Origin: Erysipelotrichaceae bacterium
GTDB taxonomy: Bacteria; Bacillota_I; Bacilli_A; Erysipelotrichales; Erysipelotrichaceae
DNA length: 32,000 nucleotides
NCBI GenBank assembly: GCA_963663995.1
Contig: OY760660.1
Span: forward strand, 1,350,001 to 1,382,000
Direction of reading: 5' to 3'
Shown here one piece after another: positions 15,673-25,897 of this stretch. The notes below the pieces were generated by a model. The model saw only the letters and a program-made list of their open reading frames with translations. It made no database searches and was not told the DNA's origin. The translations under genes and the position numbers were made by a program. How positions within the stretch are numbered: position 1 is the first letter of the stretch; every line of letters begins with the position of its first letter.

Positions 15673-16815
15673 TTAAAACTGAATATTCTTAATCATAATA
15701 ATGGTTGTATTAATGATTATCGCAACAATGATTAATCCAGCCGCAATCAAATAAATCATATCTGTATTAAATCTTAATGCTACTTGTCCCCAAATAAAAG
15801 CTCCACTAAAGAAAGCGATATCAACACCACCAAAGAATAATGCATTCGCTTTGCCTCGCTGTGATGGATGTATGTGCTTTACTGCTAAAGTACTATACAT
15901 CATAAAACTAGAATTAAAACTAAAAGCTAGAAGTACAGATAAGAGAGACCACACTATCCAGTGATCTGATTGTGCTAGTAAAATTAGTGATCCTGAGAAG
16001 ACTAAACCAATTAGAATGATTGATTTTATAAGATGTAGCTTTTCTAATAAATGAGTAATCGTTTGTTGCGCTAGAATAATCCCTAAGAAACTAAACATAT
16101 AAAAGAACCCTACATTATCAATGCCATGATGTGCCCCATGAACAGTTAAATACGACATTAAGCCCGATTGAACAATCATATAAAATATAAAACCTAGAGC
16201 TGGGAAAACTGCTTTGCTTTTAAAGATTGAAGTATGAATAACTTGTTCTTCTTCTTGATGTTTATAGATATGATTTTCAATTGGGAATAAAAACAACATG
16301 GCCAATACATTAACCGCAATCCCCATATAAAAGAATGGCGAAAAAGAGCCTCCACTAATTAAATAAAAACCAAGATAGGGTCCAATTGAACTCGCCGCAT
16401 TAGAAACTAATGTATATCTGGAAAGATATTTAAGTAGTGAATCTTCACTAACAGATTGGGATAGGAGTGTTGGTGCTGCCGTTGAAAACAAACCGACAGA
16501 TGCCCCTTGAATGAGTCTTACAATAATCGTTGGCATTAAAGTATTTAATACATTAAAACCAATGAAACTGATTGCTGCTACAATCGCACCTATAATGGTT
16601 GTATTTCGTGCACCGATTTTATCAATTAAATGTGCCGCTATAGGTCTAAATATTAAAGCTGCGATTGCGACAACAAAAGACAGAGCACCTATGTATTCAA
16701 TCGGTGTATTAAGACTTGCTAAATAAGGTGTAAAGGTAGGCAGACTCATTTGATTACCAAAGTTAAAGAAAAAATTGGCAATCGTTATTAAGATAATGAT
16801 TTTTATAGTTTTCAA
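15673..16815 (-). CDS. MFS transporter
   Basis: 380 aa with about 12 predicted TM segments and an MFS loop motif (HLIDKIGARNT). TTG start with AAAGGA 8 nt upstream. Confidence 0.85.
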   Translation of the reverse strand: MKTIKIIILITIANFFFNFGNQMSLPTFTPYLASLNTPIEYIGALSFVVAIAALIFRPIAAHLIDKIGARNTTIIGAIVAAISFIGFNVLNTLMPTIIVRLIQGASVGLFSTAAPTLLSQSVSEDSLLKYLSRYTLVSNAASSIGPYLGFYLISGGSFSPFFYMGIAVNVLAMLFLFPIENHIYKHQEEEQVIHTSIFKSKAVFPALGFIFYMIVQSGLMSYLTVHGAHHGIDNVGFFYMFSFLGIILAQQTITHLLEKLHLIKSIILIGLVFSGSLILLAQSDHWIVWSLLSVLLAFSFNSSFMMYSTLAVKHIHPSQRGKANALFFGGVDIAFFSGAFIWGQVALRFNTDMIYLIAAGLIIVAIIINTTIIMIKNIQF

Positions 16816-16827
16816 ATTTATATTCCT

Positions 16828-17445
16828 TTAATCTTTCGTAATTTTAAAATCTTTGAAATAGGCATCTGTTCCTATCTCTGTCCATAAGCCAACTGATCCT
16901 TTAAAATCACTTCCGTGTTTTAAATCAGAGACAATTAAATTTGGATTTTTCGCGTTATTGATATAAAGTTCTGCTCGAGAATCCTTAACAACAATTTTGA
17001 GTTGAATCCATTCATTCATCGCAATATCAGCATAGGATTCATATTTTTTTGGCTCAGTTTCTCTTAAAGTAAACCATTTGTAATCAGGGTAGGAATAGTA
17101 TTGAATACTATGGTTACGTCTAACTTGATCATCACATGAACCATTATCAGGACGAATATAGATCGACTCATATTGACTCAAACCTGAGTTAATACGAAAC
17201 GCTATTCCAATAAAACCACGTGAGAATTCAGGTGCATCCTCTAAAAATTTGCTTAACACTTTAACTTCTATGGTACCGTTATGAAATACATAATCGGGAA
17301 TATAACTAAAAGTAGGTTCATCACTCATGTCATTTTTAAATTCAGCAGGTTTAATATCTCTTTGTAGATTCAAACTGAGTTCTTCATTTTCTACAATAAT
17401 TTTGGAGATTACTTTGTTATGTTTAAGATGGTTTAGATTAATCAT
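16828..17445 (-). CDS. concanavalin A-like lectin/glucanase-fold protein (DUF1080/LamG-like), function unknown
   Basis: 205 aa with no signal peptide. The beta-sandwich-type pattern (GFIGIAFRIN...YIRPDNG...NEWIQLKIVVKDSRAELYINN...VGLWTE...YFKDFKI) resembles DUF1080-type proteins. This is recognition by eye only. Confidence 0.45.
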   Translation of the reverse strand: MINLNHLKHNKVISKIIVENEELSLNLQRDIKPAEFKNDMSDEPTFSYIPDYVFHNGTIEVKVLSKFLEDAPEFSRGFIGIAFRINSGLSQYESIYIRPDNGSCDDQVRRNHSIQYYSYPDYKWFTLRETEPKKYESYADIAMNEWIQLKIVVKDSRAELYINNAKNPNLIVSDLKHGSDFKGSVGLWTEIGTDAYFKDFKITKD

Positions 17446-17522
17446 TTTGTTTCCTCTATGACCTAGTCTATCGATTTAAATTCATTTGAAAAGTAGGCAC
17501 TTTAAGGTAACTAGCAAAAAAA

Positions 17523-17551
17523 GTGACTTTTATTAGTATTTTTTGTATACT
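17523..17551 (+). promoter_or_regulatory. candidate hxlR-type regulator promoter with overlapping inverted repeat
   Basis: GTGACT (17523-17528), 17-nt spacer, TATACT (17546-17551). The inverted repeat AGTAT-N7-ATACT (17535-17551) overlaps the -10. Confidence 0.35.
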
Positions 17552-17573
17552 AAGTTTATAAAAGGAACTATTT

Positions 17574-17903
17574 ATGACACTATCAAGAGAAAACTTACCC
17601 GAATGTCCGATTGCGACCACCATTATCATCGTTGGAAATAAGTGGAAATTATTAATAATACGTAATTTAAGCGCTCGCACTTGGCGTTTTAATGAACTAA
17701 AAGAAAATCTTTATGGAATAAGTCAAAAGGTACTCACAGAAAATCTGAGAGCACTTGAAGAAGATGGCATTTTACATAGAGAAGTTTATGCAGAAATTCC
17801 ACCAAGAGTAGAATATAGCTTAACCGAATTAGGAAAAAAATTGATTCCTATGATAAAAACCATGGAAACTTGGGGTAATCATTTTAAAGAATTAAATAAT
17901 TAA
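17574..17903 (+). CDS. HxlR-family winged-helix transcriptional regulator
   Basis: 109 aa. The sequence CPIATTIIIVGNKWKLLIIRNL...RFNELKENLYGISQKVLTENLRALEEDGILHREVYAEIPPRVEYSLTELG is the canonical HxlR pattern. Confidence 0.9.
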   Translation: MTLSRENLPECPIATTIIIVGNKWKLLIIRNLSARTWRFNELKENLYGISQKVLTENLRALEEDGILHREVYAEIPPRVEYSLTELGKKLIPMIKTMETWGNHFKELNN

Positions 17904-17926
17904 AGCAGGAAATTCCTGTTTTTTTA
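17902..17926 (+). terminator. rho-independent terminator of the HxlR gene
   Basis: AAAGCAGG pairs with CCTGTTTT (one G:U pair) around a 5-nt loop and runs into a T-tract. Confidence 0.5.
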
Positions 17927-17937
17927 CATCTGTTATC

Positions 17938-19377
17938 TTAATTATATTTCTTATCAATTACAGTTTCATCAAACTGTTCGAGACCAATAGGCATGATTAG
18001 ACTTCTCATAATATCAAATGACAACATCAAAAAGACTTCAAACGCACCTTGATAAAGTTCACTATTTCCTGGATAATAAGCAGCTAAGTCAGAGACTTCT
18101 TGTTTCTTTTTATCCGTTAATAACACAGCGCCTAAAATGCTCGCATCAAAATCTTTTTGAATGTAAACTTTTTCTTCAAAGATGTCAGCCACCATTTGAA
18201 TAATGCCAGGAATTTCAAAAACCCCGCCACTTAAATAAATTTCTTTACTGTAACCACCATTTTCTTCTAAGATGCTTAAGACATGTTTCAAGTTAAAAAG
18301 TATACCTTCAACAACAGCTCGTATCATATGTTCTTTTTTATGATAATGTCTTAACCCAAAGTATTGTCCGCTAACGATATTTTCCCAATAGGGCGCTCTT
18401 TCACCATTAATATGAGGCAAGAAGATTAAACCTTCACTTCCAGGTTCAACTTTATCTAAAAGACTTGGTAAATCTTTATAAAACTTTTTAGGAATATCAT
18501 AAAATAACTGACTGACCCAATCTAAAGTATTGCCGCCATTATTAACAGCACCACCAATCACATAGACACCTTTCTTTAAGTAGTAACAAAATGTCCGTCC
18601 TAAAGGATCTAAAACAGGTTTCTTTACAGTCATCCGAACTGCTCCACTTGTTCCCAGTGTTAATGTTGTTTGTCCTTTATTTAAAGCATTATTTCCTAAA
18701 TTAACCAAACAACCATCGCTCGCACCAACAGTAATATTAAAATCATAGTTCAATGCTTTGAATTTAGCATTAGTATCTACAAGTCTTGGTAAGTAAGATT
18801 CATCAATATCTAAGAAATCTAGAATATCTTTATCCCAAGTAAGCGTATGAATATTCATTAATCCTGTCGCTGAAGCAATGGAATAATCCATCACAAACTC
18901 ACCAGTTAATAAGAAAACAATATATTCCTTAATACCCATAAAATGTAAACCAGGCTTCAAGAAATCAGCATTTCTATAATAAAGTAATTTCGCAAACGGA
19001 CTCATTGGATGAATTGGTGTTCCTGTTTTTTGGTAGAAACTTAACCAATCTTCAGTTTCTTTGAAAATTCGAATATCTTGATCAGCTCGAGCATCTGCCC
19101 AAATCATATTTTGAGTAAAGGGTACGTTTTCTTCCACCGCTAATATAAGAGAATGCATGGCAGATGAAAAACTTATGTCTGTAACTGACTTATTATTTAA
19201 CTCTTCTATACAAACATTAACCGCATCCACAACAGCTTTAACATTTTGTTCATAATGACCATATTGATCTACAACAGAGGGCACTTCAATATTAATCTTC
19301 TTTTTAACTTTGTATGCTTCATCAAAGAGAACAGCTTTTATATTACTGGTCCCGATATCAATTCCTATTTTGCTCAT
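17938..19377 (-). CDS. FGGY-family carbohydrate kinase (gluconokinase/xylulokinase-like)
   Basis: 479 aa with the N-terminal IGIDIGTSNIKAVLFDE phosphate-1 motif and the C-terminal SGGVFE / GAVLL blocks of the FGGY family. Confidence 0.85.
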   Translation of the reverse strand: MSKIGIDIGTSNIKAVLFDEAYKVKKKINIEVPSVVDQYGHYEQNVKAVVDAVNVCIEELNNKSVTDISFSSAMHSLILAVEENVPFTQNMIWADARADQDIRIFKETEDWLSFYQKTGTPIHPMSPFAKLLYYRNADFLKPGLHFMGIKEYIVFLLTGEFVMDYSIASATGLMNIHTLTWDKDILDFLDIDESYLPRLVDTNAKFKALNYDFNITVGASDGCLVNLGNNALNKGQTTLTLGTSGAVRMTVKKPVLDPLGRTFCYYLKKGVYVIGGAVNNGGNTLDWVSQLFYDIPKKFYKDLPSLLDKVEPGSEGLIFLPHINGERAPYWENIVSGQYFGLRHYHKKEHMIRAVVEGILFNLKHVLSILEENGGYSKEIYLSGGVFEIPGIIQMVADIFEEKVYIQKDFDASILGAVLLTDKKKQEVSDLAAYYPGNSELYQGAFEVFLMLSFDIMRSLIMPIGLEQFDETVIDKKYN

Positions 19378-19438
19378 GCATCTATTATACCTTTAGATAG
19401 ATATATTTATTGTAAATAAACTGTGCTAATGTATAAGT

Positions 19439-20269
19439 ATGATAATAGATAAAATAAAAGAGTTATCAAATTTGACTAATCAAGAACAAGCAGTTGCCGA
19501 TTATATTATTGAGAATCCTTCTCAAATACTATCGATGACGATGGCTGATCTTTCTATAGCTTCATATACAAGTGATGCGACGATTATTCGTTTATGTAAG
19601 AAACTTGGCTTTAGAGGTTTTACAGATTTCAAATATTACTTTGCTTCTCAATACCATGATATTCTTGATAATCAAAAAATTAATGAATCAGAGTTTTTAG
19701 CTAATAAACTCGCTTTTAGAGATCTCAATGATTTATATCCAAACTCCATTAAAAAAGCGATAGATCAAACCAAAGATAACATCTCATTATCTCAGTTAAA
19801 TAAAATTGCTTCCAATATTTTTGAAAGTAAAAAAATATTATTCTATGGGCTAAACACTTCCTATTCAATTGCAGATGTCTATTCAAAAAGATTTTCTGAA
19901 TTAGGTTTAGATGTCATTGCGGAAACTAATTTTAACTTTCATCTACTAAGTTACTTATACACTAATCAGATTCCTTCTTATGCCATCTTAATATCTATGT
20001 CTGGTAAGAATACCATGATGGTTGAAACTGCTCAAAAATTAAAAGAATTGGGTATCCCATTCCTTGCGATTGCCCACAAATCAACTGAATTTACTAAACT
20101 CGCAGACGAATTTATTAAAGTTTCTTACGAAGAAATTGAAGTATTAAATCGTGGTTTATTTATATTTGGTGCACATTATGTTTTAGAAATGGTATACCAA
20201 TATTTATATCTACATAGAATGAAAAATATAGATAATATTGTCGAAAATGTACATAAACTATTTGACTAG
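19439..20269 (+). CDS. MurR/RpiR-family transcriptional regulator (HTH_6 + SIS domain)
   Basis: 276 aa. The N-terminal LTNQEQAVADYIIENP...SIASYTSDATIIRLCKKLGFRGFTDFK is the RpiR HTH. The C-terminal half looks SIS-like. Confidence 0.9.
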   Translation: MIIDKIKELSNLTNQEQAVADYIIENPSQILSMTMADLSIASYTSDATIIRLCKKLGFRGFTDFKYYFASQYHDILDNQKINESEFLANKLAFRDLNDLYPNSIKKAIDQTKDNISLSQLNKIASNIFESKKILFYGLNTSYSIADVYSKRFSELGLDVIAETNFNFHLLSYLYTNQIPSYAILISMSGKNTMMVETAQKLKELGIPFLAIAHKSTEFTKLADEFIKVSYEEIEVLNRGLFIFGAHYVLEMVYQYLYLHRMKNIDNIVENVHKLFD

Positions 20270-20270
20270 A

Positions 20271-20296
20271 AAAAGGAAATCGATTGATTTCCTTTT
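20271..20296. terminator. bidirectional rho-independent terminator between convergent rpiR and PTS EIIC genes
   Basis: AAAAGGAAATC (20271-20281) pairs with GATTTCCTTTT (20286-20296) around a 4-nt loop. A/T runs on both sides. Confidence 0.7.
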
Positions 20297-20306
20297 TAAT
20301 AATATA

Positions 20307-21587
20307 TTAAGCTTCTACGCCTTGTTCTTCTTCGAATTTCTTTTTATCCCATGCAGCAATGAATGGGTAATAGATTGCAGCCGTAACTACAAAGTTAACG
20401 ATTTGAAGTAATACAACACGTACATCACCATTACCGATATAGAAACCGGATAGAATAATTGGTGAAGTCCATGGTGCAGCTAGACCTGGTAATGCTCCAA
20501 CAATACCAGATGAAATTGCAGCGTATGAAATAACAATTGAGCTGAGTGGAGCGAGTAAGAATGGAATCATCATCATTGGGTTCATAATAATTGGTAAACC
20601 GAATGTGACAGTTTCATTAATATTGAATAGACCAGGGCCAATTGATAATCGACCAATATACTTAACTTGTTCTGATTTAGCTAAGAAAGCCATAATGAAT
20701 ACAAGTGATAATGTTGAACCAGAACCACCAACACGTACAAGTAACATCATGAATTCATATGTAACTACGTGAGGTATTGCAGTACCTGCTTGGAACGCAG
20801 CTAAGTTATCTAAAGTAGCCGCTTGCCAAATTGGTTGGAAAACAGAACCAACAACGTTAGCACCATGGATTCCCACAAACCAGAAGATTTGTACAAATGT
20901 TTCTGCGATTAATGTTCCCCATAAACCAGTACCTAAATGTAGTAAAGGTGTTTGGAAGAATAAACGAATAAAGTCAAAGAATGTTCCATAACTTGTGTGA
21001 TCAAATCCAAAACGAACTGCTGTCCAGAACACAATAGCAATTGCAGCTGGAGTTAAAGCCATAAATTGGTTTGAGATAGCAGGTGGAACTTGCTCAGGAA
21101 GCTTAATAGTCCATCCTCTATCAATAACAAAGTTATAAATTTCAGCCGTTACAATCGCAACAATCATCCCTGCAAATAGACCTTGAGATGTTAGATATTG
21201 GCGTGCATAGCCTCCACCATCTAATTGATGCATCAAGATAAAGAAACTTGATAGTGAGATAACAGCTGCTGGTAATGCTGGTTTTTCATATGATTTAGCT
21301 AAAGCATATGAGACACCTAGTGTTGCAATTAAACCAACCATTCCCATTGTTGCGGCGAATATTACGCCCCAGTTGAACCATTTCCAATTTTCTCCAAAAA
21401 TTGACAACATCATGTTTTGATATGGATCAACAGGTAATTCAGCAATAACAATTACGAATGAACCAACAATCATAATTGGTAAGCTGGATACGATACCATC
21501 ACGAAGAGCTCTTAGGTAACGATTACCTTGCATCTTCGCAGCTATAGGTAAGAAATTCTCTTCTAAAAATTGTGTAAACTTATCCAT
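20307..21587 (-). CDS. PTS lactose/cellobiose-family EIIC component
   Basis: 426 aa with the typical N-terminus (FLEENFLPIAAKMQGNRYLRALRDG) and a polytopic membrane profile. SD AAGGGG upstream. Confidence 0.9.
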   Translation of the reverse strand: MDKFTQFLEENFLPIAAKMQGNRYLRALRDGIVSSLPIMIVGSFVIVIAELPVDPYQNMMLSIFGENWKWFNWGVIFAATMGMVGLIATLGVSYALAKSYEKPALPAAVISLSSFFILMHQLDGGGYARQYLTSQGLFAGMIVAIVTAEIYNFVIDRGWTIKLPEQVPPAISNQFMALTPAAIAIVFWTAVRFGFDHTSYGTFFDFIRLFFQTPLLHLGTGLWGTLIAETFVQIFWFVGIHGANVVGSVFQPIWQAATLDNLAAFQAGTAIPHVVTYEFMMLLVRVGGSGSTLSLVFIMAFLAKSEQVKYIGRLSIGPGLFNINETVTFGLPIIMNPMMMIPFLLAPLSSIVISYAAISSGIVGALPGLAAPWTSPIILSGFYIGNGDVRVVLLQIVNFVVTAAIYYPFIAAWDKKKFEEEQGVEA

Positions 21588-21716
21588 AGTTTAATACCCC
21601 TTTTCATAAAGTGGTCTTATAGAATTTAGAAAGAAAATCAAGTGAACAGGTCTGGTCTATCATCTATTCCGAAAGGGTAGATTTCTTTCTAAATCTATCG
21701 ACAAGCATAGTATCAA

Positions 21717-21730
21717 TTAAAACGCTTTCA
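21717..21730. promoter_or_regulatory. cre-like site upstream of the PTS EIIC gene
   Basis: Minus strand TGAAAGCGTTTTAA matches TGWAANCGNTNWCA at 13/14 positions. It shares TGAAAGCG with the cre at 2839-2852 and lies in the spacer of a candidate promoter (TTCAAT-17-TACTAT). Confidence 0.4.
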
Positions 21731-21831
21731 TTGAAAAGAGCATTTCTATTCCTTGCATAACAACTTCAAAATTACAAAAATAACGGTTTGTTTTTTGAAG
21801 TTTTACTTCAGAAAATGATGATATTACACAT

Positions 21832-21850
21832 AAAAAGAGCCTTCGCTCTT
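21832..21850 (-). terminator. rho-independent terminator of the cupin-GH1 operon
   Basis: AAGAGC (21835-21840) pairs with GCTCTT (21845-21850) around a 4-nt loop. On the minus strand a T-run follows immediately after the stop at 21852. Confidence 0.65.
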
Positions 21851-21851
21851 T

Positions 21852-23761
<1,910 letters not shown>

Positions 23762-23837
23762 AAATTCCTCCGTCTTCAACATTCTATAAAAGAAAAAGCG
23801 TAATTTGTTTAAACAATATAAAATTGAAAGAATACTT

Positions 23838-23871
23838 CAAAAAAAGAGTCCTTGATTACACAAGAACTCTT
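23838..23871 (-). terminator. rho-independent terminator of the second GH1 gene
   Basis: On the minus strand AGAGTTCTTG pairs with CAAGGACTCT (10 bp, one G:U pair) around a 6-nt loop, followed by T7+. Confidence 0.7.
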
Positions 23872-23876
23872 CATAT

Positions 23877-25334
<1,458 letters not shown>

Positions 25335-25339
25335 TCAAT

Positions 25340-25356
25340 TTGGAAAATTTTTCCAA
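25340..25356. promoter_or_regulatory. 17-bp perfect palindrome, candidate operator
   Basis: TTGGAAAA-T-TTTTCCAA covers the -35/spacer region of the GH1 promoter, in the divergent GH1/flavodoxin intergenic region. Confidence 0.4.
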
Positions 25357-25434
25357 TCGTTTTTGTGATAAATGTCACTTTAATATTATAAAAGTTAACC
25401 TAGACTGAATTTATAGAAAGGACACCAAACTGAA

Positions 25435-25857
25435 ATGAAAGTTGCTGTTATCTATAGTAGTCAAAGTGGAAACACTGAAATGATGGCTCAAGCCATTAAT
25501 GAAGGTTTATTGTCTGAAGGCGTTGAAAGTGAAATCTTTCAAGCTTCCGACTTTAGCGCTTCAAATGCCAATGATTATGATCGTTTAGTATTTGGATCTC
25601 CTTCAATGGGAGATGAGGAAATTGATCAAGATTTTATGGATCCCTTATTCTCAAACTTGGAACCACAATTAGCAGGTAAAGAAATTGCCTTTTTTGGTTC
25701 TTATGGTTGGGGTGATGGTCAGTTCCTAAGATCATGGATTGAAAGATCTAGAGGTGCAAATGCGATTGTCCTAAACGATGGACTTCTCATTAATTACACT
25801 CCAGATAATGATGGACTAACTGAGTGCCAAAACTTTGGTAAGTCGCTCGCTCATTAA
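25435..25857 (+). CDS. short-chain flavodoxin
   Basis: 140 aa with the FMN phosphate-binding loop MKVAVIYSSQSGNTE and the later GSYGWGDG block. Confidence 0.9.
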   Translation: MKVAVIYSSQSGNTEMMAQAINEGLLSEGVESEIFQASDFSASNANDYDRLVFGSPSMGDEEIDQDFMDPLFSNLEPQLAGKEIAFFGSYGWGDGQFLRSWIERSRGANAIVLNDGLLINYTPDNDGLTECQNFGKSLAH

Positions 25858-25861
25858 AATG

Positions 25862-25897
25862 AAAAACAGAGTCACTTAAGTTTGTGGCTCTGTTTTA
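25862..25897. terminator. bidirectional terminator between flavodoxin and the GT2 pseudogene
   Basis: ACAGAGTCAC (25866-25875) pairs with GTGGCTCTGT (25884-25893), with one G:U pair. A5 lies upstream and T4 downstream. Confidence 0.6.

Noticed and set aside
17468-17680. 70-aa minus-strand ORF overlapping the hxlR-type gene and its promoter region.
   Set aside because: It overlaps a canonical HxlR ORF on the opposite strand, has no SD and shows no recognisable features.
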